Of a stretch of 64,000 nt of DNA, positions 1-13,176 are shown piece after piece. The translations under genes were made by a program, and so were the position numbers. Source of the stretch: Dipteris shenzhenensis. Lineage: Eukaryota. The stretch is from NCBI GenBank assembly GCA_047967505.1, contig CM106538.1. One strand, written 5' to 3'. The notes under the pieces were generated by a model, which worked only from the letters and a program-made list of their open reading frames with translations, was not told where the DNA came from and searched no databases. How positions within the stretch are numbered: the stretch's first letter is position 1; each line of letters begins with the position of its first letter.

Positions 1-2
1 AC

Positions 3-320
3 AGGATCATTCGCAAAGTTGGTGAGGTGGCGTATGAGTTGGAGCTACCCAGGACCTCCAGGATTCATAATGTTTTCCATGTGTCCTTGCTGAAGCCACA
101 TATCGGACAGCATGTCCAAGTCCTTCCTGAGCTACCACCTATGGATGAGGAGGGCCACATACTCTATGTTCCGGAGCGCATCATGGGTTTCAAGGATCAC
201 GTACTCCAAAACAAAGTCTACACCGAGTATCTTATTAGGTGGCAGGGACTCCCTGAGGATGGGAACTCATGGCAGCCAGAGAGCATTGTCCAAGACAACC
301 CCTATCTCCTACCGGGCTGA
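3..320 (+). mobile_element. 3' end of Ty3/gypsy (chromovirus-type) pol: integrase C-terminus plus chromodomain
   Basis: Translation RIIRKVGEVAYELELPRTSRIHNVFHVSLLK (GPY/F-region motif) followed by EYLIRWQGLPEDGNSWQPE (chromodomain-like). Confidence 0.9.
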
Positions 321-400
321 TTATTATTTGCTGTTTGCTGCACCTATTTAACAGCCCGCATATGAAATTTTGAGAGCAAATTTCTATGGGAAGGGATGGC

Positions 401-717
401 TGTAATGAAGGGGGGAAAAGAGGCCAAGTTAGAGGCCCTTTAGGGGGAAAATGTGGAGGGACTATATAGGTCTCCATCCACCCCCTACTATGTACTTTTT
501 GATGTGACATCTAATCCTATCTACTCTCCCTTCCTCCTTCCTGCCTACGCTCACTCACTCTCCCTCCCTCTTCCCTACTCCCTCTCAATCTCTCCCTCTC
601 TTTATCTACCTCATTCTCTCTCTCCTACCCTTTCCTCTCCCTCTTCCCCTCTCTCTCTCTCCCTTCTACTCCTCTATCCCCCTTTCTCCAAATCCGTCCT
701 ACCCCCCCTTCACTACA
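401..717 (+). mobile_element. 3' LTR of the chromovirus, inserted into an RTE-like LINE
   Basis: Polypurine tract gggaagggatggc at 388-400. The LTR starts TGTAATGAAGGGGGG and ends CCCCCCTTCACTACA (~15-bp imperfect inverted termini, TG..CA). LINE homology resumes at about 725. Confidence 0.75.
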
Positions 718-1318
718 ACCGTGTGAGCTCCCAGTGAAGCTTAGCTTCTACAGAGATCACTTCTTACATATCACAGCGGAGGGTTTCATTGACCTCCCAG
801 GATACGCGCAGATCTACTTACCCCACTCACTGAGGATCTCTATTGGGCGGCTCTTCACATAGACTTCGTATCGAGAGCGACAGAGCAGAGCGACTACCTA
901 GGGAGAGGCACATATGCACATTATGTGACATGCAGGAGGTTGAGACAGACACAGTGAGAGGATACTTTGAGCACGGAGACAGGAGCATATTTTTTCCTTG
1001 GCTGATCCCTCTCAGAGCTCTATCACGGAGTTTTTTCAGCCAGATCACATGGACCCCCACGAGACGAGGCCTTGACATGACCGTGAGCTAGAGCCAATGA
1101 CCCGACAGCTCAAACAGAGGGTTGACACACAGATCACACTTGGGGACATCCCCTCCTTGTTTAGAGTCAGAGCCTGACCGACAGGGGTCACAGTAGCCCT
1201 GGTTAGACGCAGAGCTATGACCAGGAGACGTGCTAGGGCTGCACTTGTGAGTGGCCGACAACACTTTATCGCCGATTTCATGCCCCCATTGCCTCATCCA
1301 CCCTGATGTCCAAATGAC

Positions 1319-1350
<32 letters not shown>

Positions 1351-1555
1351 GATTGATATATAGTCGACCACCGACATGACTATGTTGTACTTAGGACTTA
1401 GTACTACCATTCTGCATTTTTTGCATTTTGCATTGGTGTGGTGTGGATGCTCATTTAGTAGCTCCACCAGCACAGCTGGTTTGTACCAGGTTTTTCACAG
1501 TCTCATAGACCCATCAGTCTTCTGAAGACTTTAATAAACTTTCTTTCTTTCTTTC
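718..1555 (+). mobile_element. 3' part of an RTE/RTEX-like non-LTR retrotransposon with (CTTT)n tail
   Basis: C-terminal motif SSHRLRIESDR..LPRERHICTLC..EVE. Colinear similarity to 48210-49385. Ends AATAAA-(CTTT)n, with a (GAT)n tract at ~1315-1350. Confidence 0.8.
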
Positions 1556-1590
1556 TCATAGGCTTGCGAGGCCTCCAGAAGACGGTAATA

Positions 1591-1592
<2 letters not shown>

Positions 1593-1630
<38 letters not shown>
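1593..1630. repeat. (CT)n microsatellite, the tail of a second short LINE 3' end (1558-1630)
   Basis: ataggcttgcgaggcctccagaagacggtaatacatc(tc)n resembles the LINE terminus at 27739-27800. Confidence 0.7.
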
Positions 1631-1632
<2 letters not shown>

Positions 1633-1889
1633 CCCCCCTCTTGTGCACGCACGCGCTTTCTCTCGCAGAGGTTCCTCGAACAGAGAGCCCCATCCCCTCT
1701 CACAAACACCAAACCTAGCACTCCTATGCACGCATGTTGTATGATGTCCCTGACCAACCAGCACCCGACTTCTCACGTGTACCACGTCCCAATTCATCCA
1801 CACTTTTCAAAGTCCGTGGTGTCAAACACACAGCTTGGAAGCTTCACAATGACCGAGCAAAAGATCATGAGGGACTATCGTTGCATTTG

Positions 1890-2450
1890 GGATAGATCCC
1901 TTGGCCCCGATCCTAGCCAAGCTCTTCAATGCAGCAATTTGCACAAGCTTCCCACAAACTTCGACCCTTAACACCATCACACCCATACACAAGGCAGGAA
2001 GGCCCATGAATCTTTAAAACTACAGGACTATTATGATTGGACATGTTATGTCCAAGATATATGCATTAGTTTTCGACGCAGAGGTTAGCTTGGTTGCAGA
2101 GCTTCAGAGATTCAAAGCCATGGGGCAAGCAAGCTTCTGGGTAGATCACGGGACCATGGACCATATACTCACACTTAGAGGGATCATCGAGGAGGCTAGG
2201 GCACGGAGACAGAGGGTGCATTGTTGCTTTGTGGATTTCCACAAGGCCTTGACATGGTGCCGAGAGCTTGACTCATCAGACACTTACAGGAGTTGGGATA
2301 CAATCAAGAGATCATCTTGGCAGTCATGGCACTTTATGAGAGAGTCTCAGGTAGGGTTCGGATTGGTGCAGGGTGGACACAGGAGATCTTGAGCACCATT
2401 GGGGTCAAACAAGGTTGTCTGTTATCACCAACCTTGTTCGGCCTCTACAT
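1890..2450 (+). mobile_element. RTE/RTEX-like reverse transcriptase fragment (frameshifted)
   Basis: NYRTIMIGHVMSKIYA, TMDHILTLRGIIEE, HCCFVDFHKA, GVKQGCLLSPTLFGLYI. Confidence 0.88.
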
Positions 2451-4049
2451 AAACATCATCACACACACTGCACACGCCGATGACAAAATCTAAAAAGTTG
2501 CATTGGTTTCTTTCTGGAAGAGAAGCAAAGCTTGGACAGACTGGTGGAAGGAACACAAAAGAATACAGCCAGTCCAGTTCCCCTTTTTTCATAAGGAGCC
2601 ACGAGCCAAAAAAATATGAACACAAAGCTGTAGTAGACAGAATCATAAAACATTCTTCCACGAACAGGCAAACTTCTAATTGCGCCAATCGTAGATGGAA
2701 AGCAAAAATTATGCGATGCAGATATAGAAGTTACGGCGTTGCTATTGGTTTATGTACGTATGATGATTTCAAATTGTCACCAAGTTCTTACGATGACTTG
2801 CCGCTTCTATAAGTGTCTAGTTTGGAATGCGAACAAGTTATAGAGGCTTTGCACAAGAACGGAAATGTGCGTTAACTCGCTGACATTCCATCTTCTTAAA
2901 AGCTTACATTTGCTTGGTCTCTTGAATAAATTTGCCTGTGCTGTGCAAAACTTGATCCGTATTTTGAAAGTAGTTGTGAACGTTTTGTAAAATTTACTAG
3001 ACTCAAGTGGGACTTGCGTACCGTCTGCTTCATGACCCGATGGAGATGATCCCAGCAATTTGCCATTCTGTGGAAAAGTTTCCAAAGTCTGATTCTGCAT
3101 CCAGGGCCCACATTGCACGTTTTGTTAAGCACTCTTTAAACACGAAAGACTACCTATGAATTGAACTTGTAGTCTACTTCACGCACTGAGTAGAATGATA
3201 TCTCAGAATCCTATTTGTAATCATTTTTATCAGACTGGAAGCACATAGAAGCCAAAGGTCTGTGGATGGTGAATTCTGTTAACACTCAAAAGGTAAGACT
3301 TAAAATATCCTCATTCTTTTAACAAACAATGCAGGTAAAAAATGTGCTGTAGATTACAATCAGATTACAAAGCATTCTAAATACGATAGCGGGTATTCGG
3401 AAAGATAGCTACAGGCCTCTTTTAATCGTGCAAACGACGAGATTCTCCCTCAACATACTCACAAAGGGCGACAGTAAATACAAACAGAAGGGACAAGCAA
3501 CACGTCACGTCCCGAAATTATACTTGCAAACATTACGACAGATTGGATGCTACTGTGAGGGAATTGAAAACACATTTAAGACTGATTGCATACTGGGACT
3601 GATTCAGGAAGGTTACTGGCTGATGATAAGCTGCTGTATCGACCAGGCAATCTGTAATTCGAATCCGCTTCGATAGCTTGTTTAGGAGTAGTGGACTTCA
3701 TCGAAATGGCAATCACAGAATCCTGAGGGACGTCCTTTGCTTTGCAACTCTAACTACTGGGGATGTACATGTGACGGTTCAATGAATACTTGTTGCCACT
3801 TGGCACAATCTCAAAGCCTCTTATGATGGCTTTCCCAGCTTGCTCAGCAGCGGCAACTCAGGCGGTTTGCGCATCCGCCCACCTCAGCGGCTGAGTTGGT
3901 AGTTGGCCGTGTGTGTGTGCGTGTGCGTGCGCACGAGCGCGTGTGTAATTTCCCCCAAAAAAGTGTGCGTATGTGAGAATGAGACTTTAGGGACATTAAC
4001 ACTCATGTGCTGAAGCCGATCGGAGAGCGAGGCGGGAGATAGCTAGCAA

Positions 4050-4620
4050 GCCGTGGTTTTAAACCAGGAACGGACATGTAGTGGCATGCAAGCTTGATTT
4101 GGAAGACCTTAAGCCAGAGCTCACCGGGCCTGGCGAAAGGAGGGTTGTATTTTGTTTTTTACCGGTTGTGTTCCATCCCTGGTGGAGCTGGAGGAATTCA
4201 TTTTGTATGAGTGCGATGTTCCGGCACTGGAATGTATTCAACAAGATATTCGGGTAAGAGGTGCTTCCTCCTTAGATTCGTGTTAGAAAGTCTTAGACGA
4301 GTTGGCTGGTAGGACGCTTATGTTCTCCAGTGCTACGGTGCTGGTTATTCCCTAGAGCCCGTCTTTTTGCATTGATGAGTTCTTGTATCACGAATGCCCA
4401 CTTTGGGTGGGTTTCCCCAACCAAGCTCTGTGGAAAGGATTGCTATGGCTCTTGGCAGGGTTCTGTTGGTACCTCCACCAATGAAATTGCTTTCAAATGG
4501 AATGGATAGATAGGGTGGTGGGGCCACAATGTGGAACTTCAAGCACTCGCATTAGAATGAAGTGGAGAAGCTCTTTAGGGTGTTTCTGTGCGCCGAAGAG
4601 GATAGGAAGAGGCGTATGCA
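4050..4620 (+). mobile_element. Degraded L1 ORF1 (DUF4283-like) remnant
   Basis: Reading through stops gives VLVIP*SPSFCIDEFLYHECPLWVGFP..SSVERIAMALGRVL, matching the plant L1 ORF1 W-P-F...P-WV-FP...IA..LG pattern. Confidence 0.5.
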
Positions 4621-5729
4621 TTATATTGCCTAGGATACCCTGAAAATCGAGAAACAGTTAGGGGGTTTTGGATTACTAGATATCTCGTGCAAAAACATTT
4701 CACTGCTACCGTAGCAGTGCTCCTTGGGTGGTAAGGGGACGAGCATTTTTCGAGCGAAATCTTCTGAGCGTCCGAGCGAAGGAAAAAAAAAAGCTTCCAA
4801 CTATGCAAAAACATGACAAAAATGGATCAAAAGAAAACATAGTTTCACTTAGAAATATGAAAAGTATTATAGGAATGCCTATTTTATACACGAATATTTA
4901 TGTGAATCTTTGGGAATGGTGAGAACATAATGGGATGGCTTTTGAAGAAACCCACATGTAGAGTAGACTTCTCTATGAAAATTCCCTTATGGTCCTTCTT
5001 ACAACTTTTTAGTTAATAGGGGGTGACATTGAAAAACCTCTCTCAACCTATCTTCATGAAAGGGTTTCTCAAAAAAAAACTCATTGAAGCAAGCCATCAA
5101 GGTAGTTTCGCCAGCGAAACCACTTTGAACAAGGTCTTTCAAAGTAGTTTCGCTGGACAACACTTTTAAAAGTGACATAACTTTCACATCCAATGTCCAA
5201 ATATAGTCATTCAGCCACTCAAATTGATTGGAAAACCCCATTTGAGCACATCTATGGGGTTATATTTTAGAAAACCTTGCATATATAGTATTAAATATTA
5301 CATGTATTTTATGAGAGTGATATATAAGCCCAAGTTAGTACTTATTTACAGTAATTTAAACTTCTGTACAACCATGTCCATATATATCTTGTTATTAATA
5401 CTATAAAAACACTTGAAAGATATAACCATATGATATAAATGTGTTTAATAAGTAATTATTTATGTATAATATTATTATATTGAGAGTGATTATGAGGGAC
5501 GTTTCTTAAATGAATTATTTTTCAATACTTTTTAAAGGTAATAACAAGGGTACAAAGGGATGTCTATGAATAAGAAGATTTATGTTATGTAAAAATGAAT
5601 GAGTGACTAGTCTGTATATTTTTATGATAAAGGGATTTAGTTCTAATGAAAATAAAAGTGTAAAAACCATGTTTCCTAAAGAAATGCTATTTTTAAAATC
5701 TCTTGAAAAACACGCTCATATATACCTGC

Positions 5730-6780
5730 TCATAGGTTTTTGCTCGTAAAATTGACGCATCCGATAAGGGGAATGGCCAAATGGTTCATTGAGCAAGGGA
5801 AAGGTGTGAAGGTAGGAGTTTGGAAAAGGCCTCCAATGGTACAAAAATTTGCTTTTAGAGTTCTCGCTGAGAGCGGTGGGGTCGGATTTGTTGCACGAGC
5901 TAATTTCAGCCTAAAAAAGCTATGCCAGCAAGCTTTCATGGAAGAGGCTCAGTAGGTTAAAGGGTGATGCTAGTCTCGGTCAGTCTATTTGGTGGAGCAA
6001 CGTAAGAAAATTAGATGGCTAGGCTATTGCCAGGCAAAGGCTCGCTCTATTTGTAAAAAAGAATTGAAGTATTGGTCGCAGTTATGGGTGCCTTCGAAGG
6101 GGGAGTGGATGTCAATTGGAGATATCTGATGTACTTTTTCCCTCTCTGTGCAAGAAATGGCATTTATGCATAGGAACATGCTTGAAAAAGGTAACTCCAA
6201 GAGTGATTTATAAGAATTTCCATGTCACATAGCCCTTATATGCAGATCTAAACAGAAAGTGAGGTATTCGCCGCCGCTATTGGCTTGGTGGAGAAAATGA
6301 CTAAAGAAGATTTGGCAGGGTTGTAGACTTGGTAAAGTGAGTTTTGTGGTGTAGAAGGTGTTGCATTAGTGGTTGCCAGTGCGTGCAAGACTGGCAAAAA
6401 GGTTTGCTACAAGTCCTTTGTGTTCTTTGTGTAACAAGTCGATAGAGTCTATCATGCATCTGATGTGACGGGATGTCACGTTCCACAGTAATTGGAATAG
6501 AATTGCAGCAGCTATCAGGAAATGTGGACTGATGGCAAGGTTTCGTTTGGGTTAGAATTGGAGAATGGGATTAATGGGGGACTTTAGTAAGTCTTCATTA
6601 ACTTTGCTTGTCTGCTGGCCATATATACGGGCGGCTGCTATGTTTGCAACTTGCTACCATAGAAACCAAGTGTTGTTTGGGAATAAAGTAAAGGTTGGGT
6701 ATAGAGACGAGTCAGTTCTAGGTCTCTTAAAAATGCTTCTTAGGGATGTTGCTAATGTATTGGAAGTGTGTGACTCTATA
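5730..6780 (+). mobile_element. Degraded L1 ORF2 C-terminal fragment
   Basis: Trp-rich degenerate frames and zf-RVT-like CSLCNKSIESIMHL at ~6420-6462. Confidence 0.5.
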
Positions 6781-7052
6781 ATGAGCGGGGCATTGGCTAA
6801 CATAGTAATTTGCTATTATATGTAGGATCCTCCCTACTATACAACATAGGCCTAGGGTTTGCTCCTATCATAGGCCAATTTTTGTAATTTAGATCGTTTC
6901 TTGTTGGGCATAATGAGCAGGGCATTGGCTAACATAGCCAAGTTTATTTAATTTGCTATTATATGTAGGATCCTCCCTGCTATACAACATAGGCCTAGGG
7001 TTTGCTCCCATCATAGGCCAATTTTTGTAATTTAGGTCGTTTCTTGTTGGGC
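6779..7052. repeat. Tandem duplication of ~130-140 bp
   Basis: Two near-identical copies of taatgagc(g/a)gggcattggctaacatag...tcgtttcttgttgggc. Confidence 0.9.
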
Positions 7053-7399
7053 CTGACCACCCCTTATAATACAAGCCGGCATTTTCTTAATTTAAAAAAG
7101 TTTATTTAAAAAACTCATGTGAACATTAAAATCAATGACATATGTCTTAAAGCATAAAAAGCAAGTATGTTCCTGATAACAAATAGTAAGACCATATTTT
7201 TTTGAAGATATTTTTCACAATTTTGGGATGTCGCTTTTTTTGAGCTACCTTATTGAGATTCAAAGTACCTTAGCGCATTATCCCTAGGAATGCTCATAGT
7301 TGTTTTGCCACCTTTTCTTATTTGAGAAATTCAATTGCTTTTGTAAATGCAAAGAAATGGAGTAGTCTAATTAAGCTTAGCTTTCCATAATACTTACAT

Positions 7400-8440
7400 A
7401 CTCTGAGACATAAAAGCAAAGATTCGTTTCAGTATCCATACTAAATGCAAGAAAACATGTACATAAGCTAGAAGATGGATTGTACTATTCTCGATCTCAC
7501 ATGCAAAGGCCAGGTAGCAATTTCCAGTACCAATTTTGCAAAAATATTTTGAAGGACCCAATGTTTAGCATAACTACAAGGTACATTCCACCATAACAGA
7601 TGTCCTAGATTCCTAGCAATGTCTATTGGTGGGAAGATTTGTCCAAGCCATAATATGCTATGCCAATCCAAAACTCTAAATGGGAGCAATTTGGATTTGC
7701 TAAAGTTGATAAATAATACTTTAGATTGCAGCTTTCCCAAACAATTGAAGAGCCCACATAAAGTTTGCAAACCTTGCAGGGTATTTTTAGGGAAGAAAAA
7801 TGAATCATCAGAATATGACTATGCCACTAGTTTGTGACTGTCCACTAGCAATTCGAAACCATGCAGAAGTCATCCATCGATGATTTAATCCATATATAGG
7901 AGCAAAGGGTGAGTGCAAACTTCATATAATAGTGCACTCAAAGGAAGCCATTTTCCAAGGTCCAAGGAAAGAATAGTCATTTTCCCTTGAAATAGCCAAT
8001 AACCAACATGTTACATTTTAGCCCAAGACCAAGGTTTGTCATCACCGCAACAACAACAATGAAGTCCCATTAGACTGTATCAAAAGTCTTGGCAGCATCA
8101 ATTTGTACTAATAGGATATCCAAACGAGAATATTTAGCATACTTAATACCCACATAGGCATTGCAAATGTTGTTTATGATCTATATTCTACGAATGAATC
8201 CATGTTGAGTCTTTAGAAAATCCTCCATGTGTAGTATCTTTTTAACCTTCGAGTGATCATCTTAGTAATGAACTTATTGATAACTGGCATCACAGTAATT
8301 GGATGCCATTCTAAAAGCGTTGTGGCTTTGGTACTAACCTAATCAACCATTATGTCCAAGAAGATGGCATAACATCTTGCTACCATGATTGATTGATCAT
8401 GAGTAGTAATGGATCCTGAGAGGATCTTAGAACCCCAATA
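7400..8440 (-). mobile_element. Degraded L1 reverse transcriptase
   Basis: Minus strand EWHPITV (WRPISL-like), LVQIDAAKTFDTV*W and INFSKSKLL, with many stops. Confidence 0.7.
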
Positions 8441-8874
8441 AAAAAATCTACAACCGAACATCCCATCCAAGAGATTTCCATTTTTTGAAAGCCTTGCACA
8501 CACACACACATGCACGCACACACACAATAATTTAGATTAATCAATTTATCACACACACGCGTATACTTTTCCTACTATGAATTATTCTTTTTTTGGCCCC
8601 CATGAAAGTTCCCCTTTACACTCTACTAATCGCTTGTTAACCCATGCACTCAATTCTCACCCGCTCCTTACTCCACTTTAGATTATTAGTAACCTTTTCC
8701 TCCACATACTCTCTTTGTCATAGGGTCGATGTTTGCTTAGGTGTAACCAATTATGAAACTATTTTCGATGCCATTTTGGGGCCGTGATGCAACGCGCTCT
8801 TAGGTGAGATTTTGAATTTGGGATAGACCTGTGCTCTCGTCGGGAAATTCTCCAATGTCATGATGCTGCACTGG

Positions 8875-9400
8875 CGTAATAATGAGACGCAATCTATCAT
8901 TCTGAACACCATAGAGCTCAATACACTATAGCTCTACCCTGCTTCGCGTAGAGCAGTCTCTATCCTAACTACATCATGCATCTCTGCACTACTTTGTGCA
9001 ACGTAATCTCTGGCTTGACCACCTGTCATCACACAGCCTTTTGCCACAACTTTACCACTTGTCATCGGGCAGCACGCCCATGCAGATCATGAAAATTCAA
9101 GGTTGGCTTGGAGTGACCACCACACTAGTTCTTGGCATAATAATGAGATGCAATCTATCATTCTGAACACCACAAAGCTCGACACATGGTAGCTCTGCCC
9201 TGCTTTGCACAGTGCAGTCTCTAACCTAACTACATCATGTAGCTCTGCCCTGCTTCACGCAACGCAGTCTCTGGCTTGACCACTTGTCATCGCCCAACCT
9301 TTTACCGCAGCTTTGCCATCTGTCACCGAGCTACGCACATTATAAAAATTCAAATTTTTCTTGGAGCGACCATCGCACTGATTCTTGGAGTTATGGAGTT
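8875..9400. repeat. Imperfect ~260-bp tandem duplication
   Basis: aatgaga(c/t)gcaatctatcattctgaacacca at ~8881 and ~9142, with colinear downstream sequence. Confidence 0.8.
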
Positions 9401-9869
9401 AACCTATTTTTACTTATTACAAAAGGAGATCTATGACGACCACTGCACCAGCACACAAAAGGAGATCTATGACAACCACCGCGCTAGTTCTTGGAGTTAT
9501 ACATTAGTGCACCAAGGAAAATATATTTCCTTGTGCAACCAAGGAAAATGCAATTGGGGTCCCCTTTAGGAGCAAGGGCCATATCGATATGCCATATCTG
9601 TCTAATGGCATCTAGGATATTGTATAATGCATGTCGATATGGCCTCTGCCCCTAGAGGGGGGCCATATCGTTAATTGCATTTTCTAAAGTTTAATTGTAT
9701 TTTTCTAGTTGTATCTCCATGCAACCACCGCGTGGGTTGATGGAGCTATTTCAATGCTATTCTGGTTCTAAACCAAGGAAAATGTAGTCATGCTTTGCTG
9801 GTATTTTACTTCTTATTGCAATAAATCCTAAATGAGGGCAAAAGTATTCCGAGCCACTGCGGTGGCTGG

Positions 9870-12380
9870 AGGCCCGGTGGTGCCATCCAAATAATCAACT
9901 ACAATTCATCGAGTAAAAATTGAGTAAAAGAGATTACATCTAGATCTAATAATAAGTTATACAAAAATTAACAACAATTTATACTGAGAGCCTCATGGAG
10001 CAAAAATTGAACAAAAGATCTTACATTTAGAAAAACTCAATAATTGCTGAGAGCCTTAAGGCCAAAAGATTACATCTAGCGAGCATAACCACTCAAACGT
10101 TGCTGAGTGGTTTATATAAAAATTGACAAACAGTTTATACATAGATCCTCATGGAGCAAAAATTAAACAAAAGAGATTACATTTGTAAAAACTTAACAAT
10201 TGCTGAGAGTTGTAGAGGCCAAAAGATTACATCCAATGAGCCCAAAAAATCATTGAGAGCCTTAGAGGCCAAGAGATTACATCCAGCCATTACTAATTGG
10301 TTATGAGCCTCGTTAAGCAATAGGATATTTGTACAACTTAGTATTGCCGATTGTTGATGGCAAGAGGATATTGGTACAACTCAGTATTGCCGCCAACGCA
10401 AATTTTTTGGAGAGCCGATGGAGAGGCCAAAGATCGTGCACATTGCATAAATGCAGGACTCAGAATACAACCCCCCAACAAGAGGAGAGTACTCTGGTGT
10501 GAAAATCCTAAGCCCTTCGTCAACATCTCTAGGGAATCCATAGAGCATAGTCATATAGAGGCTAGAGGTGTGCATGCCATTCAAGGTGGTTACATGCAGA
10601 TGTGGGGGGAATCGATCGAGGGAATGAAGAGATTTCACAAGAGCGAGCATTTCAAGTCCTTACGAGTGCAACACAATGACCTTATATGAGAAGGCAAACA
10701 AGATTGGAATCATGTTGCATCGAGGAGTGATAGTAGTAATAGGCATGGTGAAAAGAGTGGGTGAGTAGTGGAGCAAATGAGTAGGGGAGAAAATGAGTGG
10801 ATGAGAGATGGAGTAGGGAGCGTGGAGAAAAGTAGAGTAGCTCCACGAAAGAGAGCTAGAGAAGGGTGCATGGAGCAAAGTAGCGCCGCAGAGGCGAATG
10901 AGAGAAAAGTAGCCAAATGCCACGAACCTTATATATTACAAAGTTTGAGCCACCCTAGGGACTGGAGGCCCGATGTCTCATTCAAATAATCATGAGCCAT
11001 TTTAAACCACCTCCTTAATTAATCAAAATCCAAGAAGGGTGCCATCCAAATAATCATGAGCCATTTTTAAGCAAAGTAGCCAAATCCCACATGACATGAA
11101 CCTTGTATTAATCAAAGTTTGAGCCATCAGGGATCATCTTCTTCTTCTCCCTTTTACCTGGATGCCCGGTGTGCCATCCAAATAATCATGAGCCATTTTA
11201 AACCACTGCCTTAATTAATCAAAATCTAAGGAGTGTGCCATCCAAATGTAATCATGAGCCATTTTAATTGCAAGCCACCGTGATGGCTAGTAATTAACTA
11301 CAAGCCCGGTGGAATCTTAGGTGCCACCCTAGATGCCACCTCGCTACCAATGGCAATGGCAATTAATTACGACATGGCTGGTAATCATGAAGCAGATGCC
11401 ACCGACCTAGTAATTAATTGGTAATTAATTGGTAATCAATTGGTAAAGAATTGTGGTAATTAACTACACTCTACTGAGCATGCAAGCCTGGTGACTGGTA
11501 ATTAACTGCACTCTACTGATCATGCAAGCTGGGTGGTGGTAACTGGCAGGTGAGTAATTGCAGGCTACTGCAGTGATTGGTAATTAACTGCTACTAGCTC
11601 GGTGGAATCTTAGCCACCACCATAGACGTGGCTGGTAATCTTAGACACCAGCTTAAAGCCAATACAATTGGCCACCACAAGTAGTCAAAGGTGGCAGTAA
11701 TTACCACAAACATAAATCATGAAGCCTAATCACCTCTAATCACTCAATTACCATGCACTCTACTGAGCATGCAGGCCCGGTGACTGGTAATTAGCTGCAC
11801 TCTATTGATCATGCAAGCCCGGTGGTGGTAGCTGGTAGGTAAGTAATTGCGAGCCACTAAGGTGGCTAGTAATTAACTGCCAGCCTGGTGGAATCTAAGC
11901 AGCCCACTACAAATGTGGTTGGTAATCTTAGATGCCACCTCAGTGGAATCTTAGCTGCCACCACCAGCGAAAGATGGTAGTAATTACCACAAACATAAAT
12001 CATGAAGCCTAATCACCTCTAATCACTCATTACCATGCAAGATAGTACTTCCGCCTTGAATTAATCAAAATTCAGGCCAACCACAGCAGTGGCTCTGACC
12101 TCGACAATTCCATTCCCTTCACTGTTTCGTTTGATATCCACCTCAACCATTTCTTTCTCCCTTGCAGTCAGGCTTGCAGTCAGGCTACAAACTTAAGTCT
12201 CCACTATACCATTCCCTTCATTGTATTGTCTTCTATCCCTCTCAACCATTTTTTCCTCCCTTGCACTCAAACTACAAACTTAAGCCTCCACTATTCCATT
12301 TCCTTCATTGTTTCGTCTTCTATCCCTCTCAACCGTTTCTTTCATCCTTGCACTCTTCCTGCAACTTCTATCCCCTCTCA
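9870..12380. repeat. Complex array of short and medium direct repeats, probably transposon-internal
   Basis: Recurrent gtgccatccaaataatca, (a)agattacat, ggtaattaact and cttagatgccacc motifs; ~290-bp duplication 11460-11750/11755-12040; three ~80-bp units at 12110-12380. Confidence 0.75.
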
Positions 12381-12382
12381 TA

Positions 12383-13176
12383 ATGGATCCCCTTGGACAC
12401 ATTGAGTTCCAAAACCTATCAGCACAGTTTGAAATCTCCTCATATAATATTTCCTCCCCCTCTGCATAGTCCGAGAGCTCCTCACACAATATTTTCTCCC
12501 CCTCTGTAGCATAATGCGAGAAATCCTCCTCTATTGATCTTGAAATCGCAACATATGGGAGCTCCTTGCTTGCTCTTCAAAAGCCCAATTTGGATGCTCT
12601 CACCAACTTCACCAGGTTGGTACAGGAGGTGAACGTTAAGGAGGGACAAATAGTCTATCAAGGTCAAAAGATTACCATCACTGAAAGCATGATTGAAAAT
12701 GCGTTAAGCATTCCTAGAGGCAATTTGCAAGCACACTTCTAGGAGAAGCAGTGGAAGAGACTAGATATTCTAGATATATACCCCAACGCTTAGATTAGTA
12801 AAGATGGTGGAGTCAAGATTTCTAGCTTGCCAGTAGACCTGCAAGATGTGCTGAAGAAGACAATGCACTTCTTTCCAGATACAAGAGGAACCATGAAGTT
12901 TTGGCTAGTTCAAGCAGTAGTAGACTAACTAAAAGAACATTATGTCTCTTTCTCAAGGGCGATCTCCAACAGCGTGATAACCAACTGAAGAATTGCATGG
13001 ATGGCAAATCCAAATTGTCAGCTCAATCCACTAGAGTTGCAATGCACCTGATGGCATCTACCCTCAAAGGGATTTTTGAGCAATACGATAAGATGTCTGA
13101 GAAGGTGACTTTTATACAAGAGAAAGCCACCGATGCTCCATGGCTCAAGGAGACTAAAGCTTACGAGCCGCAATGA
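12383..13176 (+). pseudogene. Decayed transposon accessory ORF (plant-mobile-domain-like)
   Basis: Stop-interrupted frame containing QGQKITITESMIENALSIPRG, resembling plant retrotransposon accessory proteins. Confidence 0.3.

Noticed and set aside
3620-3727. Possible C/D snoRNA (TGATGA...CTGA)
   Set aside because: No terminal stem, and the putative guide only loosely resembles an rRNA complement.
9870-12060. CRISPR-like repeat array
   Set aside because: Eukaryotic context, degenerate repeats, non-unique spacers and no cas genes.
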